From assembly GCA_039915945.1 (NCBI GenBank), contig JBDSMH010000017.1, forward strand, positions 1,824-65,823: a DNA stretch of 64,000 nt, read 5' to 3'. Numbering within the stretch: position 1 is the stretch's first letter; each line of letters begins with the position of its first letter. Below are positions 49,237-58,564 of the stretch, one piece after another. Source of the stretch: Acidimicrobiales bacterium (GTDB lineage: Bacteria > Actinomycetota > Acidimicrobiia > Acidimicrobiales > WLNW01). Made by a program: the position numbers and the translations under genes. The notes beneath the pieces are model-generated. The model searched no databases. It was not told the DNA's origin and saw only the letters and a program-made list of their open reading frames with translations.

Positions 49237-50064
49237 GTGATCGGCAGCGAAACCCCGCAACCGGGTTGGTGGCGCGCCAACGACGGCCGCTGGTATCCGC
49301 CTGAGTCACTCCCCGCCGGCTGGTTCATCGACGCCGCCACCGCAACGCCGCGGATTCCGCCGCTGCCCCCAGTGCCACCACGGTCGAAGTTGGCTGCGCC
49401 TTCGCCCCGTGAGCCGCTCTTGACTCGCACGCCCACCTTCGCTCTCGATTCCGCACCCAAGAAGGCGCTGCCGACGCGCGCCTGGCGGCGCTATCTCGGA
49501 TGGCCGCTGTGGGCAAAGATCAGCGCGCCGATCGCAGTTCTCGCACTGGCGGGATGCATGCCCGACTCCAGTAGCGGAAACGGCGAAGCCAAGGTAGACA
49601 CCAACGGGTCTTCGGTCACCGTCATTTCGACAACGACCGTTCCCGCGGCAACGACCGCGACCAGCACGACGACACGAGCCACGACGTCGTCGCCGACAAC
49701 GGCAACGACAACGACTCGACCACCGACGACCACCACGACTACTCGACCGCCGACAACGACGGCCGCTCCCCAGCCGCCCCCTCCGCCGCCAGCTACAGCA
49801 ACGTGTACGGCTTCGATGTCGAACGCCTCGCCTCGGCGCGGCGCAGTCGTAACCGTCTCAGTCGCGTCCTCGTTGCCGAACTCTCCGATCGCGATCGTCG
49901 CGCACTACAAGACGAAAGACTCGTACTTCTCAGGTGTCACCGGCGCGAACGGTGCCGGGTCCGTTTCCTTCGATACCGGCGGCCCAACAATCGGATACAC
50001 CGTCGTCGTCAACGTGACGGTCGGCGCGATTACACGTTGTTCAACGAGCTTCACTCCGATCTGA
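49237..50064 (+). CDS. membrane/lipoprotein with N-terminal DUF2510-like WW motif, Thr/Pro-rich linker and Ig-like C-terminal domain
   Basis: GWWRANDGRWYPPE, a TM segment with LALAGC, a TTTTRPPTTT repeat linker and a beta-rich C-terminus. Confidence 0.65.
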   Translation: MIGSETPQPGWWRANDGRWYPPESLPAGWFIDAATATPRIPPLPPVPPRSKLAAPSPREPLLTRTPTFALDSAPKKALPTRAWRRYLGWPLWAKISAPIAVLALAGCMPDSSSGNGEAKVDTNGSSVTVISTTTVPAATTATSTTTRATTSSPTTATTTTRPPTTTTTTRPPTTTAAPQPPPPPPATATCTASMSNASPRRGAVVTVSVASSLPNSPIAIVAHYKTKDSYFSGVTGANGAGSVSFDTGGPTIGYTVVVNVTVGAITRCSTSFTPI

Positions 50065-50072
50065 CGACTGTC

Positions 50073-50858
50073 GTGATCCGTCGTTCGTGGAACCGTTCCA
50101 AAGCGTGGCCGTGGTGGGCCCAAGGGCTCATGGTTCTGCTGTGTCTCATTGCCATCGGTGGCTTCATCGACGCGACTGACGGCACGAACGAGTCGACACG
50201 ACAGCTACTAACTGACGTCCCAACCACGACGACAACCCTCACCGAACTGACGACAACTACTTCGACCAACGTGTCGAGTACATCGGCCGTTACGACCCGG
50301 CCGCCGGCACAACGTACCCAGACCCTGGCGCTCATCGACACGCTCGAGGTGGCCTCGCCAAATACGGCACAGCCCTACCGGCGAGCGGCATTCGGCGACG
50401 ACTGGATCGATGCGGACAATGACTGCCACAACACGCGCGCCGAAGTCCTCATGCAAGAGGCCACCGCCCAAGTCACGTTCAACGCCAACGGGTGCACGGT
50501 GAACACCGGATCATGGACCGATCCATGGTCCGGATTCACCTCGACATCGGCGGGCGACTTTCAGATCGATCACACCGTCCCGCTCGCTGACGCCTGGCGG
50601 TCGGGCGCAGCGCAATGGGACGACGCGACGCGGTTGCGTTTCGCCAACGATCTCGCCGACCCCGACACGCTCAACGCGCTGCGGGGAACGATCAACACTG
50701 CGAAAAGCGACAAGACCCCGGACCAATGGCAGCCACCATTGCGCTCGGCGTGGTGCCACTACGCGACCGCATGGGCACGAATCAAGTCCACTTGGCAGCT
50801 GACGACCGCGGCCGCTGAACTCGCGGCGCTCAAGAACATGGCCGCCGAGTGCGCTTGA
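50073..50858 (+). CDS. membrane-anchored HNH/His-Me finger nuclease (DUF1524-like)
   Basis: TM anchor and Thr-rich linker. FGDDWIDADNDCHNTRAEVL...DFQIDHTVPLADAWRSGA...NALRGTINTAKSDK. Start uncertain (GTG 50073). Confidence 0.65.
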   Translation: MIRRSWNRSKAWPWWAQGLMVLLCLIAIGGFIDATDGTNESTRQLLTDVPTTTTTLTELTTTTSTNVSSTSAVTTRPPAQRTQTLALIDTLEVASPNTAQPYRRAAFGDDWIDADNDCHNTRAEVLMQEATAQVTFNANGCTVNTGSWTDPWSGFTSTSAGDFQIDHTVPLADAWRSGAAQWDDATRLRFANDLADPDTLNALRGTINTAKSDKTPDQWQPPLRSAWCHYATAWARIKSTWQLTTAAAELAALKNMAAECA

Positions 50859-50907
50859 TTGCCATACCTGAGACCGCTCGCCGTGGGGCAAATTGCGATC
50901 CACTCAT

Positions 50908-51309
50908 TTAGCTGGCAGCGTCAGGACCGACGGCGAAGAGGTGCCAATGACCGTCGACGCCTTTGAGTTTGTGCGCACCGCGATCGTCGAAGCGCAGCGG
51001 CGAGCCGACGACGAGCTCTGTGACGGTGTGTACGTCCAGACCGTCCCGGGCTCGGCGAGCGAGGCGATGCGTGCGGCGATGTCGACCGCGATTCCAGCGA
51101 CGTCGTCGCCTCGGAGCGACCCAGCCGTAGCGTTGCCAGTAGAGGCCGACGAAGATGTCGGACTGCGCCAAGTACGCGCGATTGAGCTCGCGCGGAGGAT
51201 GAGGCCGGGCGCCGAGCTCGAACATCACCGGCGTGAGCCGCAACGACGTGATCGCTCGGGCCACCGCGGCGCGCTCTTCGGCGAGCGTCGAGCTCACGAA
51301 GACCCGCAG
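50908..51309 (-). pseudogene. chimeric remnant: DUF4062 N-terminus joined to 3' end of a class III nucleotidyl cyclase domain
   Basis: RVFVSSTLAEERAAVARAITSLRLTPVMFELGA...DIFVGLYWQRYGWV (DUF4062) breaks near 51115. The +1 frame then reads GDDVAGIAVDIAARIASLAEPGTV. After a further shift the track frame reads TVTELVVGSPLRFDDRGAHKLKGVDGHWHLFAV (cyclase C-terminus). Confidence 0.55.
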
Positions 51310-51385
51310 ACGCTTGCATCCGTCCTAGAAAGATCGCCCTCGAAGTCTGGACGGTCGTTCCTGAAAGCGGCAACGTCGAGGGGGC

Positions 51386-53407
51386 TTAGATGGTCTCGAC
51401 CTCGACGAGGTTGTCGCAGAACGTAGGCCCATTGGCAAGGTCGCCGAGCGAATCATTGGTGAGGCTGTTTGCCCCCGCTGTTTCGGGATCGCCGCGCCAA
51501 CGGCCAAACGGGACCGCAACCGTGCCTTCTGGGACCTTGTCGGTAACGGACGCGGTACATCGAATGCGTCCGAGATCGTTGTAGACGCAGATGCGGTCGC
51601 CGTCGGCGATGTCTCGCGCCGCCGCGTCATGCGGATGGATCTCGGCCTTTGTCTCTGGTTCCGCGTTGAGCAAGACAGGAAGACTTCCGTACGACGAGTT
51701 GATCGAGTAGTGCCGCTTGAGTGTGAGGAGCCGCAGTCGATAGCCGCCCGCAGCCGATGGTGTATTGGCGGGTGGACGGTATTCGGCGACCGGATGCAGG
51801 CCGGTCGAGCCCAGCGCGTCGCAGGAGAACGCGAACGTCGCGTCCGCCGATATCGCGGTGCCTATTGGCGAGCCAACTCTGAGGAAGCCCGCGTCTCGCA
51901 GAGCAACCGCAGTTGCGCCGGCAGCATCGGCGGGTGAATCTGCGAGCGCGAGCTCCATCAGCTGATGGTCATCCAGGCGGAACAACGCTTCAGTGAAACC
52001 GAGTCGCGCCGCGAGGAGACGGGCGACCTCGGCGTTGGCCTTCGATTCGCCGACCGGAGCGATGGCTGCTTCGTTCCATGAGAGGTAAGAGAATCCCCAC
52101 GAACCGACGAGATCGGCATGCTCCAGCATCGTGGTCGCGGGCAGCACGATGTCCGCGTGTCGCGCGGTGTCGGTGAGGAACTGGTCGTGCACGACGGTGA
52201 ACAGGTCGTCCCGGCGCAGACCTTCGAGCACGAGCTGTTGGTTGGCGGCAATGACCGCCGGGTTGCTGTTCCACACGTACAGCGCTCGAATAGGAGGGCG
52301 CATCGCGGGGTCGGTGAGTACGCGTCCCAACTGGATCATGTTGACTTCGCGTACGCCCGTAGGTTTGAGGTCTGGTCGCGCCAACGATGGCAGATTGACC
52401 TGACCGATCGACACTGCGCCGCTGATCCCTCCGGCCGGCCACTGCCATTGGCCGGTGAGCGCAGGCAGGCACTGGATTGCTCTCAGCGCAGTGCCCGCAT
52501 TTGTCGACCGTTGCATTCCGACGCCGATGCGAATCGCAGCCGGCCGCGCCGTTGCATAGAGATGCGCGAACTCGGTGATGTCGTAGACGGTGCAACCAGT
52601 CTCCTGTGCCGCCCGTTCAGGAGTCCATCGCTCGACAGCGGCGCGGTACTGGTCGATGTCGGTTGTATGCCCGGTGACATACGCATCGTCTTGTAGCCCG
52701 TCACGAAAGATGATGTGAGCGGCCGCGAGTGCAAGTGCGCCATCGGTGCCGGGATGCGGGCGTAGGTGAATGTCCGCGTACGCGGCCGTACGACTGCGGT
52801 AGGGATCTATCACAACGAGTTTGGCGTCACGTTCCTTGCGGGCGCGTCGAATGAGTTCCCATGTGTGGATGGATGTCGCGACCGGGTCCATCCCCCAAAC
52901 GACGACGGTTTCGGCATCGGGCAGGTTTTCGGGATCAGACCAAGGCCAACGCGTCAACCCGGTCAAGGCGAACCACTGCGGCCCGCAGATCGACCGCTCG
53001 AGTTGCGTGGCACCGAGCCGGTTGAACACTGCCTGCATCGTGCCGAACCCGTCCAGCAGACCCATCGATCCCAAGTACGAATATCCGAGAATCGCCTCTG
53101 CGCCCTCCGCCGCGATGATCGATCGCCATCGCGTCACAATTTCGTCGAGTGCCTCGTCCCATCCGATGGCTTCGAACTCACCGCCTCCTTTCGGCCCGCT
53201 GCGGCGCATCGGCGACAGCAGCCGGTCAGGGCTGTAGACGCGCTCCAAGTAGCGATCAACCTTCACACAAAGATGACGTCCGGTGACAGGATGCGATGTA
53301 TCCGCTCGGATATCAACCGCTCGGCCGCTCTCATCGACAGTGACGAGCGCACTGCATGCGTCGGGACAATCGTGGGTACAAGTGATCCGCACGGACTGAT
53401 GTGCCAT
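51386..53407 (-). CDS. molybdopterin-dependent oxidoreductase (MopB superfamily)
   Basis: 673 aa. N-terminal Cys cluster CTHDCPDAC...C, a molybdopterin-binding core and a C-terminal beta-barrel (ICVYNDLGRIRCTASVTDKVPEGTVAV). Confidence 0.88.
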   Translation of the reverse strand: MAHQSVRITCTHDCPDACSALVTVDESGRAVDIRADTSHPVTGRHLCVKVDRYLERVYSPDRLLSPMRRSGPKGGGEFEAIGWDEALDEIVTRWRSIIAAEGAEAILGYSYLGSMGLLDGFGTMQAVFNRLGATQLERSICGPQWFALTGLTRWPWSDPENLPDAETVVVWGMDPVATSIHTWELIRRARKERDAKLVVIDPYRSRTAAYADIHLRPHPGTDGALALAAAHIIFRDGLQDDAYVTGHTTDIDQYRAAVERWTPERAAQETGCTVYDITEFAHLYATARPAAIRIGVGMQRSTNAGTALRAIQCLPALTGQWQWPAGGISGAVSIGQVNLPSLARPDLKPTGVREVNMIQLGRVLTDPAMRPPIRALYVWNSNPAVIAANQQLVLEGLRRDDLFTVVHDQFLTDTARHADIVLPATTMLEHADLVGSWGFSYLSWNEAAIAPVGESKANAEVARLLAARLGFTEALFRLDDHQLMELALADSPADAAGATAVALRDAGFLRVGSPIGTAISADATFAFSCDALGSTGLHPVAEYRPPANTPSAAGGYRLRLLTLKRHYSINSSYGSLPVLLNAEPETKAEIHPHDAAARDIADGDRICVYNDLGRIRCTASVTDKVPEGTVAVPFGRWRGDPETAGANSLTNDSLGDLANGPTFCDNLVEVETI

Positions 53408-53473
53408 CAGCAGTCTCCCCTCGAGAGCGATTCAGGCTTACACCTCGGGACGCCGATTGTCGAGAAGCAGCGT

Positions 53474-53596
53474 TCAGCGAATGCGAACCTTGGTGACGAC
53501 TCGTCCGAGCTGCCGCGCGCCCACCCACTCGACCAAGTAGTAGCCGGCCTTCACGATGAAGAATTCGGCCTTGACAAGGCGGTAGATGATGAACAT
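53474..53596 (-). CDS. possible 40-aa small protein upstream of the molybdoenzyme gene
   Basis: MFIIYRLVKAEFFIVKAGYYLVEWVGARQLGRVVTKVRIR. About 33 of 39 third positions are G/C. It is below the ORF-track length cutoff and has no clear RBS. Confidence 0.3.
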   Translation of the reverse strand: MFIIYRLVKAEFFIVKAGYYLVEWVGARQLGRVVTKVRIR

Positions 53597-54073
53597 TGCA
53601 GCGAGGCTCAAGGACACGCCTGGGGGTAGGGCCACGCCAGACGTGACTCGGATGAGAGCAAGCTAGCGACGCCGGCGCGTGATGTTGTGGATGGACCTCG
53701 TCATGCCTGAACGGGATACTCGACCGTCGTGATGATTCCGCCCCGTATGGATTGGGTCAGACGAACCGCAACGTCGGACACAGCAGGAGCGAATGCCGCG
53801 ATGCCGTCGTGCAACTCGACGGCGAGCTCCTCGGCGAATATCCGGCGGTCGCGAAATCCGACAAGCCACAATTTGAACGACTTGGACTCGAGCGCGTGCG
53901 TCCTGCGGTGTAGCTGATCTCCGCGTCGTATCGGTCAGCTCGACGGACCGTCCCAACATGCTGATTTCGGAAGGCTCAGGCACCACGCACTCCATCGCTG
54001 TTCGACTGGCGCGACGAGGCTACGCGTCGGCGCACCGTCTCGTTGACACGTTTCGTCGCTGCCGCCCCGGGTA

Positions 54074-55567
54074 TTGAGCGACGTGCCTCCGCCACTGGTC
54101 CCTCGCGCCGACGGAGGCTCTCGATTCCCGCGGTTGCATCGCATCGACCTCGCACTGTTCCGGCGCGCCACAGAACGACCGGCGCCCCACGTCGATCGCG
54201 TTTTGTATCCGCTCAGCCGAGCGGCCAATCACTCCAAGTTGTGGATCGGTGTGGCCGCGTTGCTCGCGGCACGCGGTGGTCGGGCGAACCGGCGCGCGGC
54301 GATGCGCGGCCTGTTGTCGGTAGGCGCAACATCGGCCATCACCAACGCGTTGATCAAGCCAATAGCCGCCCGTGCCCGGCCTACGCCGACACCTTCGGCG
54401 TGGCTCACTCGCATCGCGAAAGTTCCGAAGTCGACCTCGTTCCCATCGGGTCATTCGGCATCGGCAGCTGCGTTCGCAGTAGGCGTTGGGATGGAGGCGC
54501 CCTACCTGGCCGGCCCGCTCGGTCTGGCCGCCACTGCCGTCGGCTGGTCACGCGTCCGTACACGGGTGCACTACCCCGGCGATGTCGTCGCCGGTCTGCT
54601 CGCTGGCTCGGCGATTGCCTTCACTACGCGCTACTGCTGGCCGTTGCGTCCGCGCGACCCGGCCGCGGTACGGCCGGCGTCCCCTCGCACCGCCCGCGCC
54701 GATACCGACGGCAGTGGGCTCACCGTCGTGTTGAACCCATCGGCGGGATCCGCGGGAAAGGGCGACCCTGTCGGCTTCCTGCGCGACGAACTGCCCCGTG
54801 CGTCATTGTCGGTGCTCGATGACGGCGGCGATCTGTCAGAGGCACTCGCCGCCGCGTCGCAAAGCGACGTCGTCGGGATCATCGGCGGCGACGGGTCCAT
54901 CAACGCGGCGGCCGACGTGGCGCTGCAAGCCCGCAAGCCGCTGGCCGTCTTTCCCGGCGGAACACTCAACCACTTCGCGCGCGACCTCGGCCTCGACTCG
55001 CTCGACGACACGGTCGAAGCAATACGGGCCAAGTCGCTCGGTTCGGTCGATGTTGGCCGCATTGCCGGCAAGCCGTTCTTGAACACCGCCAGCTTCGGCA
55101 GCTATGCCGCTCTCGTCGACGCGCGCAAGCAGCATGAGGACCGCTACGGCAAATGGTTGGCAATGGGCATGGCGTTGATCAGAATCCTGCGCCGGGCCGA
55201 GCCCGTCGACGTCACCATCAACGGTACGCGTCGCTCGATCTGGTTGATCTTCATCGGCAACGGCGAGTACGGGCCGCCGGGGCTGGCGCCGAGTTGGCGT
55301 GAGCACCTCGACGATGGGGTGTTCGACGTGCGCTACGTGGAGGACACCGGGCCCTACAGCCGCCTGCGACTGATCGCCGCAGTGCTCACCGGTCAACTCA
55401 CCCGCACCAACACCTACACCCGTGAGTTGTTGCCGTCGATCGACATCGAGTCGCACTGCGGACCGTTGCGGCTCGCTCGCGACGGGGAGACGTTCGATGG
55501 GCCGTCAACGTTCATGATCGAGAAGAGCAGCACTCGCCTCGCAACATATGTCTTGCCGAGAACCTGA
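54074..55567 (+). CDS. PAP2 phosphatase / diacylglycerol-lipid kinase (DAGK_cat, YegS-like) fusion protein
   Basis: PAP2 motifs SFPSGHSASAAAFA and RVHYPGDVVAG, followed by VLNPSAGS...IGGDGSINAAA...FPGGTLNHFARD. Confidence 0.85.
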   Translation: MSDVPPPLVPRADGGSRFPRLHRIDLALFRRATERPAPHVDRVLYPLSRAANHSKLWIGVAALLAARGGRANRRAAMRGLLSVGATSAITNALIKPIAARARPTPTPSAWLTRIAKVPKSTSFPSGHSASAAAFAVGVGMEAPYLAGPLGLAATAVGWSRVRTRVHYPGDVVAGLLAGSAIAFTTRYCWPLRPRDPAAVRPASPRTARADTDGSGLTVVLNPSAGSAGKGDPVGFLRDELPRASLSVLDDGGDLSEALAAASQSDVVGIIGGDGSINAAADVALQARKPLAVFPGGTLNHFARDLGLDSLDDTVEAIRAKSLGSVDVGRIAGKPFLNTASFGSYAALVDARKQHEDRYGKWLAMGMALIRILRRAEPVDVTINGTRRSIWLIFIGNGEYGPPGLAPSWREHLDDGVFDVRYVEDTGPYSRLRLIAAVLTGQLTRTNTYTRELLPSIDIESHCGPLRLARDGETFDGPSTFMIEKSSTRLATYVLPRT

Positions 55568-55612
55568 GGTCGATCGTGTTGCAGCCCGTGCCATCACCGT
55601 TAGGATTTCACT

Positions 55613-56080
55613 GTGCTTGCACCTGGTGACCCCGCTCCCGATTTTGCCCTGTTGGATCAAGACGAGCGCGTAGTGCGCCTCGATGATCTGCGCGGCTCAT
55701 GGGTCGTTCTGTGGTGGTACCCCAAAGCGTCGACCGGCGGTTGAACGCGCGAAGGCCAGGGCTTCCGTGATCGAAGCCCAGAATTCGCCGAACTCGGTGC
55801 CACGATCGTCGGAGCCTCGTTCGACACACCTGCAGACAACAAGATCTTCGCCACGAACGAGCAGTTTGGCTATCGCCTACTTTCGGATGTCGACCGCGTC
55901 GTCGGTCACGCGTACGGCGCCGAGCGCAACCCCGACGAGAACAACCCGCACTATCCCAAGCGCATGTCGTTCGTGATCGACCCCGACGGCGTCATCGCGC
56001 GTGTGTACGAAGTCGCCGATGCCGGCGCACACCCCGACATCGTGCTCGAAGACCTGCGTCGCCTCACTTCGACCGTGTGA
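55613..56080 (+). CDS. Bcp/AhpC-TSA peroxiredoxin with in-frame TGA (55742-55744) at the peroxidatic Cys position: candidate selenoprotein or fresh pseudogene
   Basis: AGGA RBS plus GTG 55613. VLAPGDPAPDFALLDQDERVVRLDDLRGSWVVLWWYPKASTGG-TGA-TREGQGFRDRSPEFAELGATIVGASFDTPADNKIF...RLLSDVD...MSFVIDPDGVI. There is only one stop in the 155 codons. Confidence 0.6.
55759..55779 (+). other. SECIS-like hairpin candidate
   Basis: GGGCUUC-CGUGAUC-GAAGCCC forms a 7-bp stem starting 14 nt after the TGA. The apical loop begins 24 nt from the U of UGA and contains GU. Confidence 0.35.
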
Positions 56081-56134
56081 CATTCGGGCGACGATTCGTT
56101 TGAACGCCGCCGCCCACGGGTAGCGCCAACCGAC

Positions 56135-57259
56135 ATGGTGCAACTGCTGGGTACGCCGGCTCCACCCACACCCGAGGAGCCCCGGCGCCGGCAGACCTGG
56201 GCTGACGTTCCGTGGCGGACGATTGTCGCCACCGTTGGCGTCGTCCTCGCCGCGGGCGTTGCCATCGCACTCATCACCGTCACGGTTCGCATCTTGATCT
56301 GGATCGTCATCGCCGGCTTCTTTGCGATCGTTCTCGCTCCGGCGGTGGCCCGCGTGCAAGCGCAAGTGCACGGACGGCGTGGGGTCGCAACGTCCATCGT
56401 GATGTTCTCGAGCGCACTTCTCGTGATCGGACTACTGACGGTGTTCGCACTGCCGGTACGGAGTCAGGCCATCAGCGCCGCCACCGATCTCCCCGGCACC
56501 ATCGATGCCGCTGCCGAAGGCAAAGGCCCCGTCGGACAATCGGTGCAAAAGCTGCACCTTCAGAGCTTTGTACAAGACCACAAGAGCGATATCGAACAAT
56601 GGGCGGATGACCTCCAGAGTTCGTCGTTCTCCATTGCTCGACGCGTCATCAACATCGTCGTCGCCATCATCACTGTGTTCGTCATCACCTTCCTCTTCCT
56701 TACTCAGTCGACCACGCTCGGCAAAGCCGCAATTCGCCTCGTGCCCGAGCGACGAAGGCCCGCCGCCCTACGCGCCGCGGCCGACGCGGCGCGCGCCATC
56801 AGCGGCTACATGATCGGCAATCTCTTGATCAGTCTCATCGCCGGCATCTCGGCATTCGTGTGTTTGCTGCTGCTCGGCGTACCCAATCCCATCGTTCTCG
56901 CGTTGTGGGTGGCATTCGCCGACCTCATCCCCCTAGTCGGAGCAACGATCGGGGCAGCGCTCGCCGTGTTCGCCTCGTTCTTGCACTCACCGACCGCCGG
57001 CATCGTTGCGATCGTCTTCTTCGTCATATATCAACAGATCGAGAACAGCGCGCTGCAACCATTGGTTATGAGCCGCACGGTGCAGGTGAACCCGCTCGCC
57101 GTCATCCTCAGCGTGCTCATCGGCGTAGAGGTCTTCGGGATCACCGGCGCCCTCCTGGCGATACCGATCGTCGGTGCCCTCCAGGTCGCCATTCGTGCGG
57201 GCTGGCACGAGTACCACCAAGGTCATCTACGTATCGACGCCGACGTCCCGCCTGGTTGA
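56135..57259 (+). CDS. AI-2E family transporter (PerM/UPF0118)
   Basis: Eight TM segments. ...LGVPNPIVLALWVAFADLIPLVGATIGA...YQQIENSALQPLVMSRTVQVNPL. Confidence 0.88.
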   Translation: MVQLLGTPAPPTPEEPRRRQTWADVPWRTIVATVGVVLAAGVAIALITVTVRILIWIVIAGFFAIVLAPAVARVQAQVHGRRGVATSIVMFSSALLVIGLLTVFALPVRSQAISAATDLPGTIDAAAEGKGPVGQSVQKLHLQSFVQDHKSDIEQWADDLQSSSFSIARRVINIVVAIITVFVITFLFLTQSTTLGKAAIRLVPERRRPAALRAAADAARAISGYMIGNLLISLIAGISAFVCLLLLGVPNPIVLALWVAFADLIPLVGATIGAALAVFASFLHSPTAGIVAIVFFVIYQQIENSALQPLVMSRTVQVNPLAVILSVLIGVEVFGITGALLAIPIVGALQVAIRAGWHEYHQGHLRIDADVPPG

Positions 57260-57283
57260 GCCGAGCGACGCGATCAATTGCGG

Positions 57284-58564
57284 TCACGTCGCATTGATCC
57301 AACCGGCCCGACCCAACGTGTCTCCGTCCGACGATGTCAACACCGACGTGAGCGTGGTGCCATCGGGTCCAGGCTCCTCTGGCGCGTACTTGTACGGCAC
57401 GGCGATCGGTACTTTCGGATCAGGATCGAACAGCGGGCAGAAGCGCGCGTTCTTACGGAACACGTTGCCTCTCGCGGTGATGTGGCTGATACCGGTCACG
57501 CCGAGTGAGCCGTAGTTCACGACATGGATACCGCACGGATCACCCCCGTCGGGCGGCTCGATGACGTTGTACTCGGTCCAGACCCATGCGTCGCCGCCGA
57601 ACTCCTGGCCCGCGCTCGCCTGCTCATTGCCGCGCAACCCATAGCTGTCGACATAGTTGTTGTAGAGATGCCCGTCCGAGTCGGTGACGAGTGGATTCCT
57701 CACTGCGTTGCCCTGGAACCAATTGTGATGAATGGTGACCTGGATGCGGTGCAGACTGCTCGTCCAACCGCCACCCTTCTCGTTGTTGCCCGTCTGATCG
57801 CCGATCAGCACGGCCTTACGCGTCGTCGAGATGTGCGAGTAAGAGATCGTTCCGCGCATCGGCCCTTTATCACCGCGCGAGACCTCGATGGCTTCGTCGT
57901 TGGCCGACGTGATCTCGACATGCGTGATGAAGAAACGATCTGATCCCCAAACCACACGAATGCCGTCGCCTGATTGGCCATCACCGCGTCCGGGGACCGG
58001 GCCGATCTTCACATTCGTGATGATCACGTTTTCGTTCGCGCGTTCGCCGAAGTAGCCGACGAACAAACCCCCTTCGGCGGACCGCGACGGTTGGACGTGG
58101 ACGTTGGAGCACCGGCCGTCGAGTGTCGTGTTGTTCCCGATCTGAATCGCCGAGTTGAGACCGATCACCGTCTCGCGAACGGCCGGAAATACCGTCTTGT
58201 CGAAAGTGACCCAACGCCCGCCCTGTTCCAAGCCTTCGCGCAACGTTCCGGCGCCCGAATCGGCGGTCGAGGTCACTACGTAGAGTTGCCCGTCGATGCC
58301 CGCACCGTTCGTCTCCGCCAGCTTCGCGAACCCATCGACCTGCTCGAGCAGTAGGTCGCGCGACACGTTGTCACCGAGCGCCGCGCAGAGATCGATCCGC
58401 GGTTGCGTGGTCGCGACGATGGGCGCCGGCTCTGATGTACCGACTGAACCTGGACTCGGCTTCAGATCAACCGGGTCGCCGGAGCAACCAAACACAAAAA
58501 TCGTCGGCACGGCGGCGACCAACAGCCAACAAACTCTCCTGCGGCGGGGACTGCGTTTCGCCAT
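57284..58564 (-). CDS. secreted lipoprotein, pectate lyase-like right-handed beta-helix protein
   Basis: ATG 58564 gives MAKRSPRRRRVCWLLVAAVPTIFVFGCSG (lipobox). ...TSTADSGAGTLREGL...GDGIRV...NDEAIEVS...RNPLV...LYNNY pectate lyase-type motifs. The upstream 322 codons of the 749-aa track ORF are rejected. Confidence 0.8.
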   Translation of the reverse strand: MAKRSPRRRRVCWLLVAAVPTIFVFGCSGDPVDLKPSPGSVGTSEPAPIVATTQPRIDLCAALGDNVSRDLLLEQVDGFAKLAETNGAGIDGQLYVVTSTADSGAGTLREGLEQGGRWVTFDKTVFPAVRETVIGLNSAIQIGNNTTLDGRCSNVHVQPSRSAEGGLFVGYFGERANENVIITNVKIGPVPGRGDGQSGDGIRVVWGSDRFFITHVEITSANDEAIEVSRGDKGPMRGTISYSHISTTRKAVLIGDQTGNNEKGGGWTSSLHRIQVTIHHNWFQGNAVRNPLVTDSDGHLYNNYVDSYGLRGNEQASAGQEFGGDAWVWTEYNVIEPPDGGDPCGIHVVNYGSLGVTGISHITARGNVFRKNARFCPLFDPDPKVPIAVPYKYAPEEPGPDGTTLTSVLTSSDGDTLGRAGWINAT

